Below, one piece after another: positions 12,001 to 27,000 of a stretch of DNA of 64,000 nucleotides (the stretch's first letter is position 1; each line of letters opens with the position of its first letter). The stretch is from the human T2T-CHM13v2.0 reference genome, Homo sapiens: the NCBI RefSeq assembly GCF_009914755.1, contig NC_060938.1. One strand, written 5' to 3'. Position numbers and translations under genes: made by a program. The notes beneath the pieces are model-generated. The model was given only the letters and a program-made list of their open reading frames with translations, made no database searches and was not told where the DNA came from.

Positions 12001-15000
12001 GCACTCCAGCTAGTGTGACAGAGTGAAATATTGTCGAAAGAAAGGAATGGAATGGACAGGTGTAGAATGGAATGGAATGGAGTGGAGTGGAGTGGATTAT
12101 AGTGGAATGGAGTGGAATGGAATGGGATGGAATGTGATGGAATGGGATGGATTGGAGTGGAGTGGAGTGGAATGGAACGGTATGGTATGGTATGGAATGG
12201 AATGGAATGGAATGGAATGCAGTGGAGTGGAGTGGAGTGGAGTTCGCAGGAGTTGAATGGAATGGGACGGAATGGAATTGAATGCATTGCAATGGAATGG
12301 AATGGAATGGAATGCAATGGAATGGAATGGAATGCAATGGAATGGAATGGAATGGAATGCAATGGAATGGAATGGAATGGAATGCAATGGAATGGAATGG
12401 AATGAAATGGAATAGAATGGTGAAATGAAATGTGATCTGAGATACTGCCACTGCACTCCAGCCTGGGTGACAGAGTGAGATCCTCTCGAAAGAGAGGAAT
12501 GGAATGGAATGGAGTGAAATGGAATGGAATGGAATGAAATGGAATGGAGTAGAGTGCAGTGGAGTGGAATGGAATAGAAAGGAGTGGAATGGAATGGGAT
12601 GGAGTGGAAGTAATGGAGTGGAGGTGAGTAGAGTGGAGTGGATGGGAGTGGAGTGGAGAGAAATGGAGTGAAATGGAATGGGATGGAATGGAATGGAGTG
12701 GAGTGGATTGGAGTGAAGTGGAGTGGAGTGGAGATGATTGGAGTGGAGTGGAATGGAGTGGAATGCAATGGAATGGAATGGTATGGAATGGAATGGGGGA
12801 GGGGAAGGGAGTGGATTGGAGTGGAATTGAGTGTAGTCTGATGGAATGGAAGGGAAAGGAAAGGAATACAATGGAATGGTGAAATGAAATGTGAGCTGAG
12901 ATTGTGCCCCTGTATTCCAGCCTTTTTTGAAACAGTGATATCCTGTCGAAAGGAGGGATTGGAATGGAATGGGGTGGAATGGAATGGAATGCAATGGAAT
13001 GGGGTTTCATAATGGAATGGAATGGAATGGAATGGAATGGAATGGAATGGAATGGAGACATTAAATGTGATCTAAGTTTGTGCCACTGCACTCCAGTCTG
13101 GGTTACAGAGTGAGATCCATTTCGAAATAAAGGAATGGAATGGAATGGAGTAGAATGGAATGGCTGGAGTGGCGTGGAGTGGAGTGGAGTGGCGTGGAGT
13201 GAAGTTGAGTGGAGTGGAGTGGAATGGAATTTAGGGGAATGGAATGGAATGGAATGGTGAAATGAAATGTGAGCTGGGATTTTGTAATTGCACTCCATTT
13301 TGGGTGACAGAGTGAGATCCTGTAGAAAGAAAATATTGGAATGGAATGGAGTGGAAAAGAATGGAATAGAATGGAGTGAAGTGGAGTGGAGTGGAATGGA
13401 ATGGAACGGAATGGAATGGAATGGAAGGGAAGGGTAGGGAATGGAAGGGAAGGGAATGGGGAAATGAAATGTGACCTGACATTGTGGCACTGCACTCCAG
13501 CCTGGGTGACAGAGTGAGATCCTGTCGAAAGAAAATATTGGAATGGAGTGCAATGTAATGGAATAGAGTAAAGTGGAGTGGAAAGGAGTGGGATGGAATG
13601 TGATGGAATGAAATGGAGTGGAGTGGAGTATAGTGCAAAGGAATGGAGTGGAGTGGAGTGGAGTGGAAAGGAATGGAGAGGAGTGGATTGGAATGGAATG
13701 GAATGGAATCGAATCGAATGGAATGCTGAAAAGAAATATGTGTTGAGATTGTGCCACTGTGCTACAGGCTGTGTGACAGAGGGAGATCCTGTCGAAAGAA
13801 AGGAGTGGAATGGAAGGGATTGGAATGGAATGGAAACGAATGGAATGTAATGGAATGGAAGGGAATGGAATGGAAGGGAAGGGAATGGGGAAATGAAATG
13901 TGAGCTGACAGTGTGGCACTGCACTCCAGCCTGGGTGACAGAGTGAGATCCTGTTGAAAGAATATATTGGAATGGAATGGAGTGCAATGGAATGGAATAG
14001 AGTGGAGTGGTTTGGAAAGGAGGGGAATGGAATGGGATGGAATGAAATGGAGAGAAGTAGAGTGGAACGGAATGGAGTGGAGTGGAGTGGAAAGGAATGG
14101 AGAGGAGTGGAGTGGAATGGAATGGAATGGAATGGAATGGAATGGAATGGAGTGGAATGGATTGGAATGGAATGGAATGGTGAAAAGAAATATGTGTTGA
14201 GATTGTGCCACAGCGCTACAGGCTGTGTGAGAGAGGGAGATCCTGTCGAAAGAAAGGAGTGGAATGGAAGGGATTGGAATGGAATGGAATAGAATGGATA
14301 GGAGCAGAGTGGATTGGAATGGAGTGGAGTGGAGTGCAGTGGAATGGAATGGCATGGAATGGAATGGAATGGTGAAATGAAATGTGAGCTGAGATTGTTC
14401 ACTGCACTCCAGCATGGGTGACAGAGTAAGATCCTGTCAAAAGAAAGGAATGGAAAGGAATGGATTTAGAATGGAATGGAATGGAATGGAAAGGAAAGGA
14501 ATGGAATGGAGTTGAATGGAGTGGAGTGGAATGGAGTGGAGTGGAGTGGAAATGATTGAAATGGAATTGGATGGCATGGAAAGGAGTGGAGTGGACTGGC
14601 ATGGAGTGGAGTAGAGTGGAGTGGACTGGACCGGATTGGAGTGGAGTGGAGTGGAATGGATTGGAGTGGAGTAGAGTGGAGTGGAGTGGAGTGGAATGGA
14701 ATGGAATGGAATAGAATGGAATAGAAAAGAATCAATGGAATAGTGAAATGAAATGTGAGCTGAGATTGTGCCACTGCACTCCAGGCTGGGTGACAGAGTG
14801 AGATACTCTCAAAATAAAATAATGGAATGGAAGGCAGTGGAATGGAATGGAATGGAATGGAATCTAATGGAATGGAATGGAATGGAATCTAATGGAATGG
14901 AATGGAATGGAAAGCAATGGATTGGAATGGAATGGAGTGGACTGGAGTGCAGTGGAGTGAAGAGGAGTGGAGAGGGGTGGAGTGGAATGCAGTGGAATGG

Positions 15001-18000
15001 AGCAGAAAGAAATGGGATGTAGTGGAATGGAGTGGAGTGGAGTGGAATGGAATACAATGGACTGCAATGGAATAGATTGCAATGCAAAGGAAAGTTGACA
15101 TGTAATGTTAGCTGAGATTGTGCCACTGCACTCCAGCCTGTGTGACAGAGTGATATCCTGTGAAAGAAAGGAATGCAATGCAATGGAGTGAAAAGTAATG
15201 TAATGGGATGGAATGGAGTGGAGGAGAGTGGAGTGGAGCGGAGTGAAATGGAGTCGAATGGAATGGGAAGCAGTGGAATGGAATGGAGTGGAGTTAAGTG
15301 GAGTGAAATAGGGTGGAATGGAATGGAATGGAAAGGAATGCAATGGAACGGTGAAATGAAAAGTGAGCTGAGATTGTGCCACTGCACTCCATGCTTTGTG
15401 ACAGAGTGAGATCCTGTGGAAAGAAAATAATGGAAAGGAATAGAGTATAATAGAATGGAGGAGTGAAGTGGAGTGGAGTGGTGTGGAGTGCAGTGGAGTC
15501 AACTGGAATGGAGTGGAATGGAATGGGATGGAATGGAATGTCATGGAGTGCAGTGGAGTGGATTGAAGTGGAGTAGAGTGGAATGGAGTGGAAAGAAATG
15601 GGATGGAATGGAATATCATGGAGTGGAGTGGAGTAGACTGGATTGGAGTGGAGTAGAGTGGAAAGCAGTTGAGTGGAATGGAATGGAATGGAATGGAATA
15701 CAGTGGAATGCAATGGAATGGAATGCAATGGAATAAAATGAAATGGAATGGTGAAATGAAATGTGAGCCTAGTTAGTGCCACTGCATGCCAGCCTGGGTA
15801 ACAGAGTGAGATGCTGTCAAAAGAAAGGAATGGAATGGAATTCACTGGAGTGGAGCAGAGTGGAGTGGAGTGGTGTGTAGTGGAATGGAGTGGATTGGAA
15901 TGCCATGCAGTGGATTGCAATGGAGTGCAGTGGAGTCAAGTGGACTGGAGTGGAATTGAGTGGAATGGAATGGGAAGGAATGGAATGGAGTGGAGTGGAG
16001 GGAATGGAGTTCACTGGAATGGAATGGAGTGGAATGGAATGGAATGCAATGGAGTGGATTGGATTTCAGTGGAGTGGAGTGGAGTGGACTGGAATGGAAT
16101 GGAATGGAATGGAATGGAATGGAATGGAATGGAATAGTGAAATGAAATGTAAGCTGAGATTCTACCACTGCACTCCAGACTGGGTGACAGAGTGACATCC
16201 TGTCGAATGTAAGGAATGGAAGGGAAAGAAGTGGAATGGAATGGAATGGAATGTAGTGGAGTGGAGTGGAGTGGAATGAAATGGACTGGAAAGAAATTGA
16301 ATGGAATGGAGTGTAGGGGAGTTGAAAGGAGCAGAGTGGAATGGAATGGAAGGGGATGGAAAAGAATGGAATGAAATTGATGGGAGTAGAGTGGAATGGT
16401 GGGGAGAGGAGTGGAGTGGTATGGAATTGAATGGAGTGGAGTGGAGAGGAGTGGAGTAGAGTGGACTGGAATGGAAAGGAATGGGGTCGAGTGGAGTGGA
16501 GTGGAGTGCAGTAGAGTGGAATGGAAGGTAGTGGAATGGAATTGAATGGAATGGAAAGGAATGGAATGGAATAGAATGGAATGATGAAATGGAATATGAG
16601 TTGAGATTGTACCACTGCACTCCAGCGTGGGTGACAGAGTGAAATCCTGTTGAAAGAAAGGAATGGAATGGGAAGGAGTGGAATGGAATGGAAGGGAATG
16701 GAATGGAGTGCAGTGGAGTGGAGTGGAGTGGAGTGGAGTGCAGTATAGTGGAATGCAATGGGATGGAATGGAATGGAGTGGAGTGGATTGGAGTGAAGCA
16801 GAGTGGAATGGAATGGAATGGAATGGAATGGAATGGAATGGAATGGAATGGAATAGAATGGAATGGAATGGAATGGATTGGAATAGAATGGAATGGAAAG
16901 CAGTGGCATGGAGTGGAATGGAGTGAAGTGGAGTGGAGTGGAGTGGAATTGAATGGAGTGTAGCGGAGTGGAGTGGAGTGGAATTGAATGGAGTGGAAAG
17001 GAATGGAATGGAGTGTAGCGGAGTGGAGAGGAGTGAAGTGGAATGGAATGGAGTGGGATGGAATCGATTGGAATGAAGTGGAGTTTAGTGGAGAGGAGTG
17101 GTGGGAAGTGTAGTGGAGTAGAATGAAATTGGATGGAATTGAATGGATTGGAGTGGAGTGACGTGGAGAGGAGTGGAGAAGAGTGGAGTGGAATGGCATG
17201 CAATGAAATGGAATAGAGTGCAGTGGAGTGGAGTGGAGTGGAATGGAATGTAGTGGAAATGGATTGAACGGAATGGAAAGGAATGGAATAGAATAGAATG
17301 GAATGGTGAAATGAAATATCAGCTGAGATTGTTCCACTGCACTCCAACATGTGTGACAGAGTGAAATCCTGTTGAAAGAAAGGAATGGAATGGAAAGGAG
17401 TTGAATGAATGAAACGGAATTGAGTGGAGTGGAGAGAAGTGGAGTACATTGGAGTACATTGGAAAGAAATGGGATAGAATGGAATGGAGTGAAGTGGAGT
17501 GGAGTGGAATGGAATGGAATGGAATGCAGAGGAGTGGAGTTCACTGGAGTGGAATGGAACACGATGGAATGGTATTGAATGGAATGGAATGGAATGCAAT
17601 GGAGTGCAATGGAATGCAAAGGAATGGGATGCAATGGAATGGAATCGAATGGTGAAATTAAATGTAAGCTGAGATAGTGCCACTACATCCAGGTCTGGGT
17701 GACAGAGATCCTGTCGAAAGAAAGGAATGGAATGGAATGGAGTGAAAAGGAATGGAATGGAATGGAGTGAAATGGAATGGAATGGAATGGAGTGGAGTGT
17801 AGTGGAGTGGAATGGAGTGGAATCGAATGGGATGGAGTGGAATGGAATGGAATGGAGTGGAGTGGAGAAGAATGGAGTGAAAAGAAATGGGATGGAATGG
17901 AATGGAGTGGAGTGGAGTGGAATGGAGTGTAGTGGTGTGGAGTGGAGTTGATTAGAGTGTAGTGGAATGGACTGGAGTGGAGTGCAGTGGAATGGAGTGG

Positions 18001-21000
18001 AGTGGAATGGAAGGGAATGGAATGCAATGTAATGGTGAAATGAAATGTGAGATGAGATTGTGCAATTGTATTCCAGCCTTTTTTGACACAGTGAGATCCC
18101 ATCAAAAGAAAGGGATGGCATAAAGTGGAGTAGAATAGAATGGAGTGGAATGGATTGGAGTGGGCTGGATTGGAGTGGAGTGCAGTGCAGTCGAGTGGAA
18201 AGGAGTGGAATGGAATGGGATGCAATGGAATGACATGGAGTGGAGTGGAGTGAAGTGAATTGGAGTGGAGTAGAGAGGAATGGAGTGGAATTAAATGGGA
18301 TGGAAAGGAATGGCATGGAGTTGAGTGGAATGGAGTGTAGTGGATTGGAGTGTAGTGGAGTGGATTGGAGTGTAGTAGAGTGGAATGGAATGGAATGGAA
18401 TGGAATGGAATGGAATGGAATGCAATGGAATGGAATGGAATGGTAAAATGAAATGTGAGCTGAGTTTGTGCCACTTAACGCCAGCTTGGGTGACAGAGAC
18501 AGATCCTGTCAAAAGAAAGGAATGGAATGGGGTGGAGTGTAGTGTAGTGGTTTGGAGTTCAATGGAGTGCAATGGAATGGGATGGAATGGAATGGAATGG
18601 AGTGCGGTGGAGTGGAGTGGAGTGGAGTGGAGTGGAGTGGAGTGGAGTGGAGTGGAGTGGCATGGAGTGGAATGGAATGCGATGGAATGGAATAAAGTAG
18701 AGTGGAGTTGAATGGAGTGGACTGGAGTGGAATGTAGTGGAATGGAATGGAATGAAGTGGAGTGGAGTGCAGTGGAGAGGGGTGAAGTGGAATGGAGTGG
18801 AATGGAATGGAATGGAATGGAATGGAATGGAATGGAATGGAATGGAATAGTGAAATGAAATGTGACCTGAAATTCTGCCACTGCACTCCAGACTGTGTGA
18901 CAGAGTGAGATCCTGTCGAATGTAAGGAATGGAATGGAATAGAGTGGAATGGAAAGGAAAGGAATGGAATGGAATGGAATGGAATGGAGTGGAGAGGAGC
19001 AGAGCGGAATGGAGTGGAGTGGAATTGAACGGAATTGGAAGGAATCGAATGGAACGAAGTGGAACGGAGTGGAATGTAGAGAAGGGACGAGGAGTGGAAA
19101 GGAATGGTATTGGATGAAATGGAATGGAGTGGAGTGCATTGGGGTGAAGAAGAGTGGAATGGAATGGAATGGAATGGAATGGAGTGGAATGGAATGGAGT
19201 GGAGTGGAGTAGAGTGGATTGGGGTGGAGTGTAATGGAATAGAATGGAATGGAAAGGAAAGGAGTGGAATAGAATGGAATGATGAAATGAAATATGAGCT
19301 GAGATTGTGGCACTGCACTCCAGCCTGGGAGAAACAGTGAGATCCGGTCAAAGGAAAGGAATGGAATGGAAAGGAGTGGAATGGAACGGAATGGAATGGA
19401 ATGGAACGGAACGGAACGGAACGGAACGGAACGGAATGGAATGGAGTGGAGTGGAGTGGAGTGCAGTAGAGTGGAGTGCAGTATAGTGAAATTGAATGGG
19501 ATGGAATGGAATGGAATGGAGCAGAGTAGTGTGGAGAGGAGTGGAATGGAATTGAAAGGAATGGAATTGAAAGGAATGGAATGGAGTGCAGTGGAGTGAA
19601 GTGGACTGGAGTGTGTAGGAGTGGAATGGAATGGGATGGAATGGAACTTAAAGAAACATAATGCAATTGAATGCAATGGAATGGAATGCAATGGAAAGGA
19701 ATGTGAAATGAAATGCTAGCGGATATAGTGCCACTGCACCCCAGGCTGGGTGACAGAATGAGACCTTGTCGAAAGAAAGGAATGGAATTGAATGGAGTTG
19801 AATGGAATGGAATGGAGTGGAGTGGAGTGGAGCTGAGTGGAGTGGACTGGATTTGACTGGAGTTGAGTGGAGTGCAGTGGAATGGAATGGGGTGGAGTGG
19901 AATGTAAAGGAGGGGTGAGGAGTGGTGTGGAGTGGAGTGAAGTGGAATCGAGTGGAATTCAATGGGATGGAATGGAGTGGAGTGGAGTGGAATAGATTGC
20001 AATGGAATGGAATGGAATGGAAGGGAATGTAATTGAGTGCAGAGGAGTTCATTGGAGTGGAATGGAATGCAGTGGAATGGGAAGGGATGTAATGTAATGG
20101 AATGGAATGGAATGGAGTGGAATGGAATGGAATGGAATCATGAAATGAAATGATAGCTGAGATTATGGCGCTTAACTCCATCCTGGGTGATGGAGTGAGA
20201 TCATGTCGACAGAAAGGAATAGAACGGATTGGAGTGGAATGGAATGGAGTAGAATGCAGTGGAGTGGAGTGGAGTGGAATGGACTGGAATGGAATGGATT
20301 AGAATGCAGTGGAGTGGAGTAGAGTGGAATGGACTGGAATGGAATGAGATGGGAAGGAGTGGAATGGGGTGGAGCAGAGTGGAGTGAAGTGGAATGCAAT
20401 GGAGTGGAATGGGGTGGAGCAGAGTGGAGTGAAGTGGAATGCAATGGAGTGGAATGGAAAGGGATGGAATGGAATAGAGTGGAGAGGAGTGGAGTAGAGT
20501 GCAATGGAATGGAATGGAGTGGAGTGGAGTGGGGTGGAATGGAGAGGAGTGGACTGGAATGGAATGGAATGGAATGGAGTGGAATAGAGTGGAATAGAAT
20601 GGTGAAATGAAATCTGAGCTGAGATTATGCCTCTGCACTCCATCCTGGGTGACAGAGTGAGATCCTGTCGAAAGAAAGCAATGGAATGGATTGGAGTGGA
20701 ATGCAATGGAATGGAATGGAATGGAAAGGAATGGAATGGAATGGAAAGGAGGGAATGGAATAGAATGGAGTGGGGTGGAGTGGAATGGAGTTGAATGGAA
20801 TGGGATGTAATGAAATGGAGTGTAATGGACTGGACTGGAGTGGAATGGAGTTGAGTAGAGTGGAAGGGACTGGAATGGAATGGGATGGAATGGAATGGAA
20901 TGGAGTGGAGTGGAGTGGGGTGGAAAGGAATGGGATGGAGTTGAGTGGAGTGGAGTGAAATGGAGTAGAATGGAAAGGAATGGAGTGGAGTGGAGTTGAA

Positions 21001-24000
21001 TGGAATGGAATGGAATGAAATTGAATGCAATAATGAAATGAAACGTGAGGTGTTATTGTGCTACCGCACTCCAGCCTTGGTGACAGAGTGAGATCTTCTT
21101 GAAAGAAAGGAATTGAATGGAATGGAGTGGAATGGAATGGAATGGAATGCAGTGGATGGAGTGGAGTGGAATAGAGTGGAACGGAATGTGATGGAGTGGA
21201 ATGGAATGGAGTGGAGTGGAGTGGAATTGAGTGGAATGGAAAGGGATGGAATGGAATGGAATGGGGAGGAGTGGAGTGGAAGGGAGTTGAGTGGAGTGGG
21301 GAGGAATGGAATGGAATGGAATGGAGTGGAGTAGAGTGGCGTGGAGTGGAGTGGAGTAGAGTGGAGTATAGTGGAGTGGAGTGGAGTATAGTGGAGTGGA
21401 ATGGAGTATAGTGGAATGGAGTGGAATGGAATGGAATGGAATTAAGTGGAGTGGAGTGCAGTGGAATGGAATGGAATGGAATGGAATGGAATGGAAAGGA
21501 ATTGAAAGGAATGGAATGCAGTGGAGTGGAGTGGAGTTCACAGAAGTGGAATAGAATTGAATGGAATGCAATGGAATGGAATGCAATGCAATGGAAAGGA
21601 ATGGAATGCAATGGAATGAAATGGAATGGAATGCAATGGAATGCAAAGGAATGGATGGTGAAATTTAATGTGAGCTGAGATAGTGCCACTGCATTCCAGC
21701 CAGGGTGACACAGTGAGAGTCTGTCGACAGAAAGGAATGGAATGGAAAGCAGTGAAACGAATGGAATGGAATAGAATGGAGTGGAGGGGAGGGGAGTGGA
21801 GTGGAGTGGACTGGAGTGAAATGGAGTCGAATGGAATGGGATGGAGTGAAATGGAATGGAGTGGAGTGGACTAGAGTGAAATAGAGTGGAAAGGAATTGG
21901 ATGGAATGGAATGCAATGGAATAGTGAAAAGAAATTTGAGCTGAGATTGTGCCACTGCACTCCAGCCTTTGTGAAAGAGTGAGATCCTGTGGAAAGAAAG
22001 GAATGTGATGGAATGGAGTGGAATTGTATGGAATGGAATGGAGTGAAGTGGAGTGGAGTGGAGTCGAGTGCAATGGAGTGGAATGGAATGGGATGGAAAG
22101 GAATGGCATGGAGTGGAGTAGAGAGGAGTGGATTGAAGTGGAGTAGATTAGCATGGAGTGGAATGGAATGGGATGGAATTGAATGCCATGGAATGAGGTG
22201 GAGTGGAGTGGACTGGATGGAGTGGACTGGATTGGAGTGGAGTAGAGTGTAATGGAGTGGAGTGGAATGGAATGGAATGGAATGGAATGCAGTGGAAAGC
22301 AATGGAATGGAATGCTATGGAATAGATTGGAATGGAGTGGTGAAATGAAATGTGAGCTGAATTTGTGCCAATGCCCGCCAGTCTGGTTGACAGGGTTACA
22401 TGCTGTCAAAAGAAAGGAATGGAATGGAATGAATTGGAGTGGAGCTGAGTGGAGTGGAGTGGTGTGGAGTGGAATGGAGTGGAATGGAATGGGATGGAGT
22501 GGAATGGAATGGAGTGTATTAAGTGGAGTGGCATGGAGTGAAATGCAGTGGAATGGAATGCGATGGAATGGGATGGAATGGAATGGAGTGGAGTGGAGTG
22601 GAATAGAGTGGAATAGAGTGGAATGGAGTGGAATGTAATGGAATGGAATGGAGTGGATTGGAGTGCAGTGAAGTGGAGTGGAATGGAATGGAATGGAATA
22701 GTGAAATGAAATGTAAGGTGGGATTCTGCCACTGCACTCCAGACTGGGTGACAGAGTGACATCCTGTCGAATGTGAGGAATGGAGCGGAATGGAGTGGAA
22801 TGGAATGTAGTGGAGTGGAGTGGAATGGAATGGAGTGGAAAGGAATGGAACGGAATGGAGTGGAGCGGAGTGGAGAGGAGTGGAGTCGAATGGAATGGAA
22901 TGGGATGGAATCGAATGGAATGAAGTGGAGGGGAGTGGAGTGGAGTGTTGTGGAGAGGAGTGGAGTGGTATGGAATTGGATGGAACTGAATGGAGTTCAG
23001 TGGAGTTGGGTGGAGAGGAATGGAGTACACTGGAGTGGAATTGAATGGAATGGAATGGAGTGGAGTTGAGTGAAGTGGAGTGGAGTGGAGTGGAATGCAA
23101 TGTAGTGGAATGGAATTGAATGGAATGGAAAAGAATGGAATGGAATAGAATGGAATGATGAAATGAAATATGAGCTGAGATTGTGCCACTGCACTCCAGC
23201 AGGGTGACAGAGTGAAATCCTGTTGAAAGAAAGGAATGGAATGGAAAGGACTGGAATGCAATGGAATGGAATAGAGTGGAGTGGAGTATACTGGAAGGGA
23301 GTGGAATGGAATGGGATGGAATGGAATGGAGAGGAATACACTGGAGTGTAGTGGAGTGGAATGGAATGGAATGGAATGGAATGGAATGCAGTGGAGTTTA
23401 GTTCACAAGAGCGGAATGGAATGGGATGGAATGGAATGGAATGCAATGGAATGGAATGCAATGGAATGGAATAAAATGGAATGCAATGGAAGGGAATTGT
23501 GAAATTAAATGTTAGCTGAGATAGTGCCACTGCACTCCAGCCTGTGTGACAGAGTGAGATCCTGTCGAAAGAAATTAATGGAATGTAAAGGTGTGAAGTA
23601 TGATGGAATGGAAGGAAACGGAATGGAGTGGAGTGTAGTGTAGTGGAATGGAGCGTAATGGAGTGGAATGGAATGGGATGGAGTGGAATGGAATGGAGTG
23701 GAATGGAGTGGATTGAATTGGAGTAGAGTGGAGTTGACTGGATTGAAGTGGAATGGAGTGGAGTGGAATGGAATGGAATGGAATGGAATGGAATGGAGGG
23801 GAGTGGAGGGAGGTGGAGGGGAATGGAGTGGAGTGGAATGGAATGGTAAAATAAAATGTGAGCTGAGATTGTGCCACTGTGTTCCAGCCTTTTTTGACAT
23901 AGTGAGATCCCATCAAAAGAAAGGACTGGAATGGAATGGGGTGGAATGGAATGGAGTAGAATGGAACGGAGTGGAGTGGGTTGGAGTGGAGTGCATTGGA

Positions 24001-27000
24001 GTGGAGTGGAGTCAAGTGAAATGGAGTGAAATGGAATGGAAGGGAATGGAATGGCATATAGTGGAGTGGGGTGGAGTGAATTTGAGTAGAGTAGGGTGGA
24101 ATGGAGTGGAATGGAGTGGAATGGAATGGGATGGAAGGGAATGGCATGGAGTGGAGTGGAATGGAGTGGATTAGAGTGGAGTAGAGTGGAATGGAAAGGA
24201 ACGGAATTAAATGGAATGGAATGGAATGGTATGGAATGGAATGGAATGCAATGGAATTGAATGGAATGCAATGGAATGGAATGGAATGGAATGGAATGGA
24301 ATGGTGAAATGAAATGTGAGCTCAGTTTGTGCCACTGCACGCCAGCCTGGGTGACAGAATGAGATCCTGTCGAAAGAAACGAATGGAATGGAATGGAGTG
24401 GAGTGTAGAGGTGTGGAGTGATGTGGAGTGGAATGGAGTGGAATGGAATGGGATGGATTTGAATGGAAGGAGTGTAGTGGAGTGGATTGGAGTGGAGTGG
24501 AGTGGAATGGAATGGAATGGAGTGGAATGGAATGGAATTGAATGGAATGGAATGGAATGGAATGTTGTGGAGTGTATTGGAATGGAGTGAAATAGAGTGT
24601 AATGTAATGTAGTGGAATGGAGTGGAGTGGAGTGCAGTGGAGAAGGGTGTAGGGGAATGGAATGGAATAGTGAAATGAAATGTGAGCTGAGATACTCCCA
24701 CTGCACTCCAGACTGTGTGACAGAATGAGATCCTGTCGAATGGAATTGAATAGAGTGGAATGAAATGGAGTGCAGTGGAGTGGAGCAGAGTGGAGTGGAG
24801 TGGAGTGGAATGGAATGGAATGGGATGGAATCAAATGGTATGAAGTGGAGGGGAATGGAGTTGAGTGGAGGGACGAGGAGTGGAATGGAATGGAATTGGA
24901 TGGAATGGGATGGAGTGGAGTGGAGTGGGGTGGAGAGTAGTGGAGTAGAGTGGAATGGAATGGAGTGGAGTGGAGTAGAGTGGATTGGAGTGTAATGGAA
25001 TAGAATGGAATGGATAGGAATGGAATGGTATAGAATGGAATGATGAAATGAAATATGAGCTGAGATTGTGCCACTGCACTCCAGCCTGGGTGACAGAGTG
25101 AGATCCTGTCAAAGGAAAGGAATGGAATGGAAAGGAGTGGAATGGAATGGAATGGAATGGAATGGATTGATTGGAGTGCAGTGGAGTAGAGGTGAGTGGA
25201 GTTCACAGTAGTGCAATGGAATGGAATGGAGTGGAGTCGAGTGCAGTGGAGTGGGTTGGAATGGAATGGAGTGGAATGGAATGGGATGGAATGGAATGGA
25301 GTGGAGTGGAGTGGAGTTCACAGGAGTGCAATGAAATGGGATGGAATGGAATTGAATGGAATGGAATGGAATACAATGGAGTGGAATGCAATGGAATGCA
25401 ATCGAATGGAATTGTGAAATTAAATGTGAGCTGAGATAGTGCCACTGCACTCCAGCCTGTGTGACAGAGTGAGATCCTGTTGAAAGAAATTAGTGGAATG
25501 TAAGAGAATAAATTATACTGGAATGGAATGGATTGGAGTGGAGTGGAGAGGAATGGAGCTTAATGGAGTGGAAGGGAATGGGAAGGAGTGGAATGGAATG
25601 GAGTGGAGTGGAGTGGAGTGGAGAGAAATGAGGTAAAATGCAATGGGATGGACTGGAATGGAGTGGAGTGGAGTGGAGTGAATTGGAATGGAGTGGATTT
25701 GACTGGATTGCAGTGGAATGAAGTGGAGTGGAATGGAATGGAATGGAATGGAATGGAATGGAGGGGAGTGGAGTGGAGTTGAGGGGAATGGAGTGGAGTG
25801 GAATGGAGTGGAATGGAATGGAATGGAATGGTGAAATAAAATGTGAGCTGAGATTGTGCCACTGTGTTCCAGCCTTTTTTTGACACAGTGAGAGCCCGTC
25901 AAAGGAAAGGAATGGAATGGAATATGGTGGAATGGAATGGAGTGGAGTGGATTGGAGTGGAGTGGAGTGGAGTCAAGTGGAACAGAGTGGAATGGAATAG
26001 GATGGAATCGAATGGCATGTAGTGGAGTGGGATGGAGTGAATTTCAGTGGATTAGGGTGGAATGGAGTGGAATGGAATGGGATGGAAGGGAATGGCATGG
26101 AGTGTAGTGGAGTGGACTGGAGTGGGTTAGAATGGAATTGAATGGAATGGTATGGAATGGAATGGAATGGAATGGAATGGAATGGAATGGAATGGAATGG
26201 TGAAATTGAATGTGAGCTGAGATAGTGCCACTCCACTCCAGCCTGGGTGACAGATTGAGATCCTGTCAAAAGAAAGGAATGGAATTGAATGGAGGGGAAT
26301 GGAATGGGATGGAGTGGGGTGGAGTGGAGTGGAGTGGAGGGGACTGGATTTGAGTGGAGTCTAGTGGAACAGAGTGGAATGGAATGGGGTGGAGTGGAAC
26401 GGAATGGAATGGAGAGGAGTGGTGTGGAGTGGAGTGGATTGGAATTCAATGGGATGGAATGGTATGGAGTGGAGTGGAATGGAGTGGAGTGGAATGGAAT
26501 GGAATGGAATGGAATTGGAATGGAATGGAATGGAATGGAATGGAGAGGAGAGGAATGGAGTGGAATGTAGTGTAATTGGAAAGGATGGAATGGAATGGAA
26601 TGCCATGGAATAGAATTAGGAATAGAATGGAATGATGTGGAATGGAATGGAGTAGAATTCAGTGGAGTGGAGTGGAGTGGAGTGGAATGTAATGTAATGG
26701 AATGGGATGGGATGGAGTGGAATGGAATGGAGTGGAGTGGAGTGGAGTGGAGTGGAATGGAGTGGAATGCAATGGGATGTGATGGAATGGAGTGGAGTGG
26801 AGTTGAGTGGATTGAAATAGAATGGAATGGAGTGGAGAGGAGTGTAGTGGAATGGAATGGAATGGAATGGAATAGAAGGGAATAGAATGGTGAAATGAAA
26901 TGTGAGCTGAGATTGTGCCACTGCACTCCATCCTGGGTGACAAGTGAGATTCTATCGAAAGAAAGGAATGGAACGGATTAGAGTGGAATGGAATGGAGTG

